DNA of 54,580 bases. Origin: an uncultured Staphylococcus sp. (GTDB lineage: Bacteria; Bacteroidota; Bacteroidia; Bacteroidales; Muribaculaceae). Below are positions 38,732-47,419 of the stretch, piece after piece. The notes under the pieces were generated by a model. The model did not search any database. It was given only the letters and a program-made list of their open reading frames with translations, and was not told the origin of the DNA. Made by a program: the position numbers and the translations under genes. Every line of letters starts with the position of its first letter. Positions within the stretch are counted from its first letter, which is position 1. The DNA is taken from positions 1-54,580 of the forward strand of contig CAZOOY010000001.1 in assembly GCA_964581555.1 (NCBI GenBank). Reading direction: 5' to 3'.

Positions 38732-39901
38732 TCAGAGCCAGATTATGGGATTACGGAGGGGAAGATTTCTGACGACCTCCTCATTTTCGGGAAAATGTTC
38801 ATACCTGTCCCAAAGCTTGAGACAACCTCTGTCGCCCCACTGCTTCCAGGCGAAAAGCATGGCAGGATGAGCCACCGGCCATTCCTCCCAGAACATCACG
38901 TCGGCCTCGAGTGGCCATTTATCTTTATCCTCGATGTAAGGAGTCATGTACTCAATGGCTTTCCGCATATTCTTTCCATCCGAGGTCGTAAAGTTCCATA
39001 GGTTATCCTCCTCGGTGGAAAGTATCTCACACAAGGCAGCCATCGCGTCAAGATTGAAGAGTGAGTAGCCGTAAGGCTTCGTGCGGTTTAACTCGCGAGG
39101 GAATGATCCGTCAGGGGCCATCTGAGAAGGCACGAATAGTTTCTTGAAACGATCCCTGCACATCTCCATCACCTCGCTGTTTTCACAATATTTGGCAAAC
39201 ATCGCCGTCTGCATGGCCCAGCAGGTACCGTGATTATTTGTCGCGTTCATTTCATCAATACCATAGGGATGAGTGAGAAGCCAGTTGATATATTGATCCA
39301 GCCATGCCCTGACTCCGGAATCGACATCCGCCGGTACTTTACCACTCTCGCGCAATCTCTGAAGAGACTGTATCACCTCCACAAGATGTATCGTGTCGAT
39401 AATACCGATTCCACGCCCGGTGGCGATCCCCTTGATGGCCTGGGCATAGAGTAGATTGGGATTCATACGTGTGGCAGAATCGATGAACCATGCGCGGACA
39501 TGATCCATCACCGGTGCCACATATTTGTCATCACCCGTCAGAAGCCACGCCGAGGTGAGATTACCCACAATCTGACTGAACCGAATCATGGCGTGACGAT
39601 GCTCGACGAAATTATCCGGATTGGTACATCCGTCTCGACGGACATACGGTCCGTCGGGATTCAATGAATCTGGCCACCAATAGTCACCTTCCGAATAGAA
39701 ATCGTGAATCGAACCTGCGCTACGCTCGGCCCTGAAAGATGTCACCGTCACGGGACGTGCCGTGAGATTGACGTCGGCTTTTGCGAGAACTGTCTGACGT
39801 AGCGGATCTGCTACCTCCTCCGCTATCCCGGTGTGCTTGGTGACACTTGAGAGCACCATCACACTTAGCACCGCAGCAAGACTGATGAGTAAACGTTTCA
39901 T
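38732..39901 (-). CDS. Alginate_lyase-fold polysaccharide lyase, probably PL38
   Basis: HDFYSEGDYWWPD, PYVRRDG..NP, MNPNLLYAQ, GRGIGIID, NNHGT, ELNRTKPYGYSLFNL. Confidence 0.88.
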   Translation of the reverse strand: MKRLLISLAAVLSVMVLSSVTKHTGIAEEVADPLRQTVLAKADVNLTARPVTVTSFRAERSAGSIHDFYSEGDYWWPDSLNPDGPYVRRDGCTNPDNFVEHRHAMIRFSQIVGNLTSAWLLTGDDKYVAPVMDHVRAWFIDSATRMNPNLLYAQAIKGIATGRGIGIIDTIHLVEVIQSLQRLRESGKVPADVDSGVRAWLDQYINWLLTHPYGIDEMNATNNHGTCWAMQTAMFAKYCENSEVMEMCRDRFKKLFVPSQMAPDGSFPRELNRTKPYGYSLFNLDAMAALCEILSTEEDNLWNFTTSDGKNMRKAIEYMTPYIEDKDKWPLEADVMFWEEWPVAHPAMLFAWKQWGDRGCLKLWDRYEHFPENEEVVRNLPLRNPIIWL

Positions 39902-39915
39902 GCGTCTGATCGGAT

Positions 39916-42303
39916 TTATATGGTGACAAACTGGGTAACAAAACCTTTTGACTTAACGGCGACGACCGATTTGCCCTCCCCTTTGTCAAGTTTTATTGAT
40001 GCCCGTCCATTGGAGACTTCAACCTTCGACGAACCCCCTGCCGTGCCCTGATTAGTTATCAATGAGCCATCCCCTGCGACTTCGAATCTCACCACTCTGC
40101 GCGAATCGAGACATGGTACATTGTCGGAATCTGCCACCGAAACCTCTATAATTTCGGTATTCCCTTCACCGGGATGGTGAATGACGTTGAGATGATGCTC
40201 CTCGCCCCACTTCTGAGTCTGATAATTCCAGGTCAGATTATCCTCAACCACAGTTTTATCTTTAGCGTGTGCCACTGCGGTGACAGTGTTCTCTCCGGGT
40301 GCAAGACGCACATTCCAATGAAGACCGGCCGCGGGATATTCCTTGCTGTCACGCTTCTTCACTCCACAGCTCTCACCGTTGACAAAGAGCTCTGCCTCCG
40401 GGCAGTTGGAATAAACAAGTATCTCCTTCTCTTCTTCGGGCTCTCCCCATCTCACGGGCTGAGAGTGGCCTAAAATATGGACCATGGGCTCATCGGTCCA
40501 GTAAGACTGGAAGACATAATAGCTCTCTTTCTTGGTGAGATCTCGCTCCACCACACCCTTCTGATTGACATAAGGCACGGGGTTATCCGGGCGCACTGGG
40601 GTTGAGAAATCCTTGAATGGCCAATAAGCTGCACCTGTGAGCCAGGGCATATCTTCCTGCTCCTTTAGATGCCAGTCGATGAGCTTTACCACATATGTCT
40701 CTGACCAATCCTTGCGCGTAGGCTCTGCATCCTCCACGTGACGTCCGGGATGACTGTCACCTCCCCACTCCACGTGTAGGAAATGTTTCACCTTGTCAAA
40801 GGCCTCCTTGGAGAAATCCTTATAGTCCGTGAAATTGCCGCGATACCATCCCGCCCAGATTGTAGGAGAATATACATCGACGATATCACTGCAGAACTCG
40901 CAGCGACGGATGGCTGTCTTGCGGCTTGGATCAAGATTGTGAGCAAGTGTGTTGAGCTCGCTCATGAATGCACGGATCTGACTCTGCTCATACACCGGAA
41001 AGTCATTGGGCCAGTCATTCTCATTGCCGAGACCCCAGATGATCACGGAGGGGTGATTGAAATGCTGATCTATCATATTGGTGAGCATCCGGCGTCCCTG
41101 AGCCTGATATTTCTCGCCACCTACTCCTCCACGGCACCAGGGTATCTCTTCCCACACGAGTATTCCAAGGCTATCGCATAGATTGAGGATGATCTCCGAC
41201 TGCTGGTAGTGGCCGAGACGGATGAAATTGACGCCCATCTCCTTCATCATCTTCATCTCTTCCCTCATCATCTCCTCAGTCATGGCAGCCGCCACTCCGG
41301 CGTGATCCTCATGACGATGAGTGCCGCGCAGAAGCAGACGGCGACCATTGAGATGAAAAGGACCTTTCTCTATAAATTCAGCCTTGCGGATACCGAAGCG
41401 CTCCACTGATGTCATCTCCTCGCCATCGGCCTTCACATTTACTTCACAGGTGTAAAGCCGGGGATTATCAACATCCCAAAGCTGAGGATTGCTAATGGTT
41501 AAATCGAGAAGCTTATGCTGACCGAGTGGAGTGAGATCCTTTAGCGTTTTTTGAGCCACAGTCTTGCCGTCGGGAGCTTTCACTGTCACCGTCACATCGG
41601 CATTGCGAACATCCGCGGGATTATAGAATGTAGCGTCCACCTTCACGGTGGCTTTCTTCAGATTCTCGCTCACCTCCGGTCTGACAATAATTCTGTCGGC
41701 CATGACCGGGGGAAGATATACGAGATTGAGATATCTGTAGATACCTCCGTAGATATTGAAATCTGAAAGATCGGAAGGAATCATCTCCGCATCGCGTGTA
41801 TTGTCACATCTTATACTCAGTGGCACCTTGCCATTGAAACGGGTTGCATCTACTGAAGAGAGGAAATCGTTTACCGCATCGGTTATATCGACATTCCAAC
41901 TGTCATAACCTCCGATGTGGGAACCGACTTTTGTCATATAGACATAGACGTCGGTCTTCTGGCCCGCACCCTCAAACTCGAGAATTATGCGACCATCCTT
42001 ATAGGGATTTGCTATATCAAGCTGAGTCTTGTACCATCCGGGACCTTGATAATAGTTCACGTCTGGATCCACGCAATCCTCGGCATTAAAACAATGCGGT
42101 AGTGAAACGGCCTCCCATACCGGGACCGACTCCGGATTGCCCGCCTTGAAGGGACGCACTGCCTCCCAGATGTTTCCGATATCCTGTCGAAGGAACGACC
42201 AGTTATCGTTAAGCCGGATTTTATGTTGCACGGGCACCTTTGCGCAAAGACCCCCGCACAACATAAAAATAGCGACATTGAGTATCAACAATCTTCTTAC
42301 CAT
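39916..42303 (-). CDS. GH2 beta-glycosidase (beta-galactosidase / beta-glucuronidase family)
   Basis: LPHCFN, LEFEGAG, YGGIYR, FGIR, LRGTHRH, NFIRLGHY, NHPSVIIWGLGNE (acid/base), VEWG (nucleophile), NQKG. Alternative start at 42324. Confidence 0.93.
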   Translation of the reverse strand: MVRRLLILNVAIFMLCGGLCAKVPVQHKIRLNDNWSFLRQDIGNIWEAVRPFKAGNPESVPVWEAVSLPHCFNAEDCVDPDVNYYQGPGWYKTQLDIANPYKDGRIILEFEGAGQKTDVYVYMTKVGSHIGGYDSWNVDITDAVNDFLSSVDATRFNGKVPLSIRCDNTRDAEMIPSDLSDFNIYGGIYRYLNLVYLPPVMADRIIVRPEVSENLKKATVKVDATFYNPADVRNADVTVTVKAPDGKTVAQKTLKDLTPLGQHKLLDLTISNPQLWDVDNPRLYTCEVNVKADGEEMTSVERFGIRKAEFIEKGPFHLNGRRLLLRGTHRHEDHAGVAAAMTEEMMREEMKMMKEMGVNFIRLGHYQQSEIILNLCDSLGILVWEEIPWCRGGVGGEKYQAQGRRMLTNMIDQHFNHPSVIIWGLGNENDWPNDFPVYEQSQIRAFMSELNTLAHNLDPSRKTAIRRCEFCSDIVDVYSPTIWAGWYRGNFTDYKDFSKEAFDKVKHFLHVEWGGDSHPGRHVEDAEPTRKDWSETYVVKLIDWHLKEQEDMPWLTGAAYWPFKDFSTPVRPDNPVPYVNQKGVVERDLTKKESYYVFQSYWTDEPMVHILGHSQPVRWGEPEEEKEILVYSNCPEAELFVNGESCGVKKRDSKEYPAAGLHWNVRLAPGENTVTAVAHAKDKTVVEDNLTWNYQTQKWGEEHHLNVIHHPGEGNTEIIEVSVADSDNVPCLDSRRVVRFEVAGDGSLITNQGTAGGSSKVEVSNGRASIKLDKGEGKSVVAVKSKGFVTQFVTI

Positions 42304-42413
42304 AATTTTACCTCTACCTATCATAATCTAAATCTAAATCTACCCGAAAGAAAAATTTTACCGTCTTAACCTTACATTGACAGATTAATGTCGATAGGAT
42401 ACTCAATTTTCAA

Positions 42414-43646
42414 TTATAATATCGCTGTTCCGTCTTTTTCAAGTTTATCTTTTTTCAGAAGTGCCTCGAGGAAATAGTAGTCCGCATAGATGATGGGGAC
42501 ATCAACCTCCGAGTTGCTGTTGCCTGATCCGACACTGTGTAGAGTGAGGAATCCACGGTCACCGCCAAGCTTTGCGCGATAATTTCGCGTGATGCTGTCA
42601 AGAATTTTATCGGCACGCTGCTTGTGGAGGGCGGCATTCTCTTTATCATACATGGAGAGTTCGTAGAGAGCACACGCCGTCACGGCTGCGGCCGACACGT
42701 CGCGCGGCTCATCGGGAATACCGGGAGCGTCATAGTCCCAGTAAGGGACGAGGTCCTCAGGGAGCGTAGGGCTGTTGAATATGAAGTCACTGATATTCTT
42801 TGCCTGCTCAAGAAACTCTTTGCGTCCCGTCTCGCGGTAGCACATTGTATAGCCGTAGAGTCCCCATGCCTGCCCGCGTGACCAGGCTGATTCATGGGCA
42901 TACCCCTGATGTGTATGCTTGTGAAGCACTTCTCCTGTAATGGTGTCATAGTCCACCACGTGATAGGAACTGTTGTCCTCTCTGAAATGATTTTTCAGCG
43001 TGGTGAGAGCGTGATTGACGGCTATGTCACGGAAAGTGCTGTCGCCTGATTCCTTCGCGGCCCAGAATAGAAGCTCGAGATTCATCATATTGTCGATGAT
43101 CACCGGACACTGCCATTTGTCACGGTTGTGATCCCAGGAACGGATTGCACCAACCTTATCTTTATATCGGGTTGTGAGCGTCCGGGCTGCTTCAAGCATG
43201 ATGTCACGATAAGTGGAGTCACCCGTCAGACGATAGCCGTTGCCGAAACTGCAATAAACCTTGAAACCCATATCGTGAGTACCGCCGTTGGTCTTTTCTC
43301 TTTCCACGGGAGCTGTAAACTCGATTGCTTTCTGCTTCCAGAAATCATCACCCGTGTATTCATACATATACCACAGCTCACCGCCGAAGAAACCGCTGCA
43401 CCAGTCGCGCGATGCCACCAGGCGGAGCGAACCGTCAGGCTGAATATTACGGGGTGCGAATACCATGTTCTCCTTCTGACGATCGTCAAGAAGAGCCTTG
43501 GCGCTGTCAATTTCTATAAATGCATGCTTGAGCTGCTGATCGGAGAATGTGAAGTTTTCGCTCACGATATCCTTGGAGGGCTCGGTCTTCGAGGCACATG
43601 CGCTTGCCATGAGAGCGACCGGTATGAGAAGTGATTGTAATTTCAT
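42414..43646 (-). CDS. GH88 unsaturated glucuronyl hydrolase, lipoprotein
   Basis: Lipobox MASAC, DWCSGFF, THDMGF, IRSWD, IIDNMMNLE, HQG, WSRGQAW, PYWD, RDVSA, YADYYFLEAL. Start reassigned to MKLQSLL, downstream of the -7 box. Confidence 0.95.
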   Translation of the reverse strand: MKLQSLLIPVALMASACASKTEPSKDIVSENFTFSDQQLKHAFIEIDSAKALLDDRQKENMVFAPRNIQPDGSLRLVASRDWCSGFFGGELWYMYEYTGDDFWKQKAIEFTAPVEREKTNGGTHDMGFKVYCSFGNGYRLTGDSTYRDIMLEAARTLTTRYKDKVGAIRSWDHNRDKWQCPVIIDNMMNLELLFWAAKESGDSTFRDIAVNHALTTLKNHFREDNSSYHVVDYDTITGEVLHKHTHQGYAHESAWSRGQAWGLYGYTMCYRETGRKEFLEQAKNISDFIFNSPTLPEDLVPYWDYDAPGIPDEPRDVSAAAVTACALYELSMYDKENAALHKQRADKILDSITRNYRAKLGGDRGFLTLHSVGSGNSNSEVDVPIIYADYYFLEALLKKDKLEKDGTAIL

Positions 43647-43676
43647 GGAGTGATTAGTTCTTGTTGTTCGACATTG

Positions 43677-43745
43677 CAAAGTTAGCTTCGCGGTCAAAAA
43701 ATGAGTTTCAGAATTATTTCAAATGTTTCAGATATTTTCCCAAAT
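43677..43745 (-). promoter_or_regulatory. Promoter of the GH88-led unit: -7 box plus the clearest direct repeat (candidate HTCS site)
   Basis: Minus strand TAACTTTG (43677-43684). 21 nt away, plus-strand TTTCAGAATTATTTCAAAT-g-TTTCAGATATTTTCCCAAAT (20-nt period). Confidence 0.75.
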
Positions 43746-43747
43746 GC

Positions 43748-45766
43748 TTAATGGAGAGCATTTTTTACGTTACAATCGGCCACACAGACCGATGAAAGGC
43801 TTTCAATTCCGTCCCGAGTGCCGAAAGTGGCGAGGATTTCCTTGTCGCGTGTCACGAAGAACATGTGAGGCTGATTCGCCTCCTTCGTGTGTCCCTGCCA
43901 GTTGGTGAAAAGAATCCCGTCTTTCTCCGGAATATATTGAAGTCCGGTGAGAAATCTCAGTGGTCGCCCCGGAAGATCATCGTTGCTGAGTTGCCACACT
44001 ATTTCCTTGCGTGGATTATACTCTACCAGTCTCGGATTCTTGTCCGCATCGGCAACAGCGACAAGTGTGTTTCCGCCGGGAAGACGAACTACAGAATGGG
44101 CACCTCCCGACACCGGCACCTCCCAGACATTCTTTCCGTTTTCGTCATACTCCACCACCTTTTTTCCACCGTAATGAGCCACGAGGAAATGTCCATTGGG
44201 GAGGCGGCGTGCATTACGGATAAAGGATTTCTTTCCCTTCTCCCCGGCCGGGAGAATACATACTTCTTTAATAAGATTCCCTTCCGGGGACATCTCAAGC
44301 AAACGGCCGCTCTCACATTCTCCGACGAACGTATTGCCATTCCCGAGTCTCTGACAAGCGAAGATGTGACTGTCACTCTCGTAATGAAACACGGTGTCAT
44401 TTTCCATCGACATCTCAAGCACGCCTTTTCCGGTGGTAAAAAGTACATTACCGTTATCAAGTGCCCACACATCATTGCTGAGCGGCGCGGCATGTTCCCA
44501 TATCAGCGAATCGTTCTCGTAGACCATCACTCGGCCTCCGGAATAGTCCGTGCATACATACTTGTCCGGCATCGGATTACGACGCGCAAGAGACTGAAGC
44601 TCTGGATAGGCATCTTCTACAATCCGGGTAGCCCAGAGGAAGGAGGAAATCACCTCCTGGCCGTTCATCTTGCGAGGACGGGTCACGTAGGTCTCGTAAT
44701 CCTTCTGAATCCCGAGGCCATCGTTGGCATCATAGAGATCTATGAGTCCGTCCGACGGGCTTATCTTGGCTTTGGAAAGAAGACCGTAGTAACCGTTGAT
44801 TACGTTGTCCCGATACTCGTCGGCAGGTATCAGCCCCAGGTCAATAGCCCGTTGCATAGCGTAGACAAACATTCCGCTCCCGGAAGTCTCATGCCAGTTG
44901 CCGGGTTGATCACCTTTATCTACAACCTGATACCAAAGACCCGTGCGAGGGTCCTGGGTCTTCTTCAGTCCGGCCATGAGTTCGCGGGTGATTTTGACAA
45001 GCTTCTCGTAATCAGGATGATCTTTTGGAAAGATCTCAAGTGTCTCAACCATTATGAGGGCATACCATCCGAGCCCCTCACTCCACACCTCCGGAGCGAA
45101 TCCGGTCTGAGGGTCGGCCCATCGGGCATCCTTATCCTCATCCCATCCATGGAGCAGCAGCCCGCTATCACCTTTGTGGAGATGCTTGTGCATCCCTTTG
45201 AGCTGACGTGCAGCTTCGTTGAAACAGTACTCGTTGTCAGCAACATATTTCCCATACTTTGTGAGAAACATCTGACCCATGAATACGCCGTCCACCCAGA
45301 TCTGTCCTTTGGTGCCGCGTCCATGCCAGAAGATACCGTCGCTCGTGCGTGGATAGTCGTCGTAACTCCTGCGGATTGTGTCTGCAGCTTTGCGGAATTT
45401 CTCGTCACCTGTCTGCCTGTAAGCCCAGATCACAACTGCACCCGCCATCATGTCGTCCATGCTACGGCCACGGAAATATATAGGTCTCCCCTCTTCATCC
45501 ACCACACTTTCGGCCCAGTTCATAATATAGTCGTAATATTTTCTGTCGCCGGTCGAACGCCAGAGCTTATCGAGACCACTGAGGAAATAGCCCTGGGGAT
45601 AGCACCATGCCTTGAAAGGGATTGTCAGAGCCGAGGGATATCGTGTCATCACGGTCTGGGCGATGGCTTCCGACCATTTTTCAGGTGTCCTGTAAGGGAA
45701 ATGGGCCGAAAGGCCGGGCGACATTGTGAGAATCAATGTCAGGATGAGTGAGATTTTTCTTATCAT
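43748..45766 (-). CDS. GH105-like hydrolase (WSEG variant) fused to a C-terminal beta-propeller
   Basis: Signal peptide from MIRKISL; FWHG..IWVDGVFM, LLHGW, VWSEGLGWY, ETSGSGMF. The last ~270 aa have blade repeats LDNGNVLF, LGNGNTFV, LPNGHFLV, LPGGNTLV with VxEY.....VW. Confidence 0.85.
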   Translation of the reverse strand: MIRKISLILTLILTMSPGLSAHFPYRTPEKWSEAIAQTVMTRYPSALTIPFKAWCYPQGYFLSGLDKLWRSTGDRKYYDYIMNWAESVVDEEGRPIYFRGRSMDDMMAGAVVIWAYRQTGDEKFRKAADTIRRSYDDYPRTSDGIFWHGRGTKGQIWVDGVFMGQMFLTKYGKYVADNEYCFNEAARQLKGMHKHLHKGDSGLLLHGWDEDKDARWADPQTGFAPEVWSEGLGWYALIMVETLEIFPKDHPDYEKLVKITRELMAGLKKTQDPRTGLWYQVVDKGDQPGNWHETSGSGMFVYAMQRAIDLGLIPADEYRDNVINGYYGLLSKAKISPSDGLIDLYDANDGLGIQKDYETYVTRPRKMNGQEVISSFLWATRIVEDAYPELQSLARRNPMPDKYVCTDYSGGRVMVYENDSLIWEHAAPLSNDVWALDNGNVLFTTGKGVLEMSMENDTVFHYESDSHIFACQRLGNGNTFVGECESGRLLEMSPEGNLIKEVCILPAGEKGKKSFIRNARRLPNGHFLVAHYGGKKVVEYDENGKNVWEVPVSGGAHSVVRLPGGNTLVAVADADKNPRLVEYNPRKEIVWQLSNDDLPGRPLRFLTGLQYIPEKDGILFTNWQGHTKEANQPHMFFVTRDKEILATFGTRDGIESLSSVCVADCNVKNALH

Positions 45767-45770
45767 GATA

Positions 45771-46133
45771 TTAATGATGGTTTGATGTCGAATTTCGGAT
45801 GCGATCCGCGTACTCTGATGGAGAGCAGCCGTAGACGGCCCTGAAACACTGTGTGAAATAAGCCGGACTGTTGAATCCGACATGTGTCGAGACCTCCGAG
45901 ACGGAATGAGACTCATCTCTAAGCATTCGTGCCGCTTTCTCAAGACGTAGTTTCCTTATCAGCTCTTTAGGTGTGAGTGGGGTGATACACTTCAACTTCC
46001 TATAGAGATCGGTGCGACTGCACCCTGTCTCCCGGCATATCAAGTCGATATCGAGATAGGGATTGGAAATATTCTCCTCGATCACACGGAAGAATCTATC
46101 CTTGAATAATTCGGTTGAAGTCCTTTGGTCCAT
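45771..46133 (-). CDS. Stand-alone AraC-type HTH protein, paralog of the DNA-binding domain of the neighbouring HTCS
   Basis: Intact 120-aa ORF. 69/99 identical residues by ungapped manual alignment to the HTCS C-terminus. No receiver or sensor domain. Confidence 0.92.
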   Translation of the reverse strand: MDQRTSTELFKDRFFRVIEENISNPYLDIDLICRETGCSRTDLYRKLKCITPLTPKELIRKLRLEKAARMLRDESHSVSEVSTHVGFNSPAYFTQCFRAVYGCSPSEYADRIRNSTSNHH

Positions 46134-46145
46134 GACACATCAATG

Positions 46146-46187
46146 AAAAAGCACCGCGAAGATAGAGCAAATCTCCGCGGTGCTTTT
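46146..46187 (-). terminator. Intrinsic terminator hairpin just upstream of the AraC gene
   Basis: Minus strand GCACCGCGGAGAT-ttgctct-ATCTTCGCGGTGC-TTTTT. The single mismatch is a G-U pair only in the minus-strand RNA. Confidence 0.75.
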
Positions 46188-46225
46188 CCAATAATGTTTC
46201 AACTTCTTTCAATATCGGTCTAACT
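46157..46225 (-). promoter_or_regulatory. Candidate promoter of the AraC-GH105/propeller unit with HTCS-type repeat
   Basis: Variant -7 box TATCTTCG (46157-46164). 20 nt away, plus-strand TTTCCAATAATGTTTCAACT-tc-TTTCAATATCGGTCTAACT. Confidence 0.5.
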
Positions 46226-46240
46226 GAGAGTAATCTTATT

Positions 46241-46450
46241 TCAGCGACTGAATTTCTTCAACCATTCCGCTATATATTGAGCCGTTTCATTGGCCGTCTT
46301 GGTAAAACCGTGGTCTTCCCCCTCCACCGGTTTCAACTCGGCTTTCGGCATCACTTCCGAAGAACGGATGGCATAATTGTAGGGAACCACCGTATCGTGT
46401 GTGCCGTTGAGGACAAGAGTATGACCTGTATATTTATGTGCGGTCCGATA
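46241..46450 (-). pseudogene. 3' remnant of an alpha/beta-hydrolase (esterase) gene
   Basis: Manual translation: YRTAHKYTGHTLVLNGTHDTVVPYNYAIRSSEVMPKAELKPVEGEDHGFTKTANETAQYIAEWLKKFSR*. It has catalytic Asp (GTHDTVVP) and His (GEDHGF) motifs but no start codon or GxSxG, and an in-frame TAA upstream near 46532. Confidence 0.8.
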
Positions 46451-46563
46451 CCTGAGTCTGGCACAATGGGGCCGGCAGGTGGGAAAGAAAATTGAATAGA
46501 TAACGTGTAATTTTTCTTGTGATTTCCACGTTTAAAACAAAAACACGAAATTTTTACCACTAC

Positions 46564-47376
46564 ATGAAACTGACTCAATATTTACCCGACATTCCACGAG
46601 AGTATCAGGATCTGCTCGAAGCTGCCTTCATCATGGCCGAAATGGCCGGAGAAATCCATCTGAAATATTTCCGCAAGGCAGGTCTCGAAATGACTACGAA
46701 GCTCAACGACACTGACGTCGTCACCGTGGCCGACAAGGAATCGGAAGCTGCGGTGCTCGGATATATCCGTGAACATTTCCCTCTCCACGGCATCCTCTCG
46801 GAAGAGTCCGGAAGCGATCATGATGACCGCGAGTGGCGCTGGGTGGTTGACCCTCTTGACGGAACCACAAATTTCTCAGTCGGGCTGCCGCAGTTTTGCG
46901 TCTCTATCGGCTTGGAACGTGACGAAGAGTCAGTGATCGGTGTGGTCTTCGCGCCCTATCTGGGTGAATGTTTCTATGCCGTCAAGGGTCATGGCGCATG
47001 GTTGAACGGGAAACCGATACGGTGTTCCGACAAGGCGGAACTCTCCCAAGCAGTGGTGGCGACCGGAATGCCTTACGACCGTAATGAGAATTCCGACAAT
47101 AATCTCAAGGAGCTTTCCGAGATGTCACTCCGCGTGCGCGGACTTCGCTGGATGGGTTCGGCAGCGATTGACCTCAGTTACACGGCAGCCGGATATCTTG
47201 ACGCCTATTGGGAGCTGAATCTCAAGCGCTGGGACATCTCTGCCGGCCAACTCATTGCCACTGAAGCAGGAGTCATTATCGAATCCATCCGTGAGGACAG
47301 AAATTATGCCCTCCTCGCCTCCGGCCCCAATCTCCTGTCTGCAGTCAGACCCATCGTTACCAAATCACTTAATTAA
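46564..47376 (+). CDS. Inositol monophosphatase family protein (SuhB-like)
   Basis: VTVADKESE, ILSEE, WVVDPLDGTTNF, GSAAIDL..A.G.LDAYWE..L..WDISAG. ATG at 46564 preferred. Confidence 0.93.
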   Translation: MKLTQYLPDIPREYQDLLEAAFIMAEMAGEIHLKYFRKAGLEMTTKLNDTDVVTVADKESEAAVLGYIREHFPLHGILSEESGSDHDDREWRWVVDPLDGTTNFSVGLPQFCVSIGLERDEESVIGVVFAPYLGECFYAVKGHGAWLNGKPIRCSDKAELSQAVVATGMPYDRNENSDNNLKELSEMSLRVRGLRWMGSAAIDLSYTAAGYLDAYWELNLKRWDISAGQLIATEAGVIIESIREDRNYALLASGPNLLSAVRPIVTKSLN

Positions 47377-47419
47377 TAAGAAGTTAAGCCACTTGCTCCT
47401 CACTAAAACTGACCCCCTT

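Noticed and set aside
42325-42342. (AATCTA)x3 tandem repeat upstream of GH2
   Set aside because: Only three units in AT-rich intergenic DNA, not in a coding frame or recognisable promoter; too weak to call phase variation.
43865-45751. 628-aa plus-strand ORF
   Set aside because: Entirely antisense to the GH105-propeller gene, with no recognisable motifs and an atypical composition; a shadow ORF from codon bias.
45767-45943. N-terminal extension of the 731-aa ORF overlapping the AraC gene
   Set aside because: The signal peptide begins at MIRKISL (45766), so the extension is just an open frame over the AraC gene. Similar over-extensions were trimmed for GH29, GH88, the beta-helix protein, IMPase and MmcQ.
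46277-46578. Short ORFs 46277..46495 (+) and 46351..46578 (-)
   Set aside because: No motifs. The coding signal in this interval is the esterase remnant in a different minus-strand frame.
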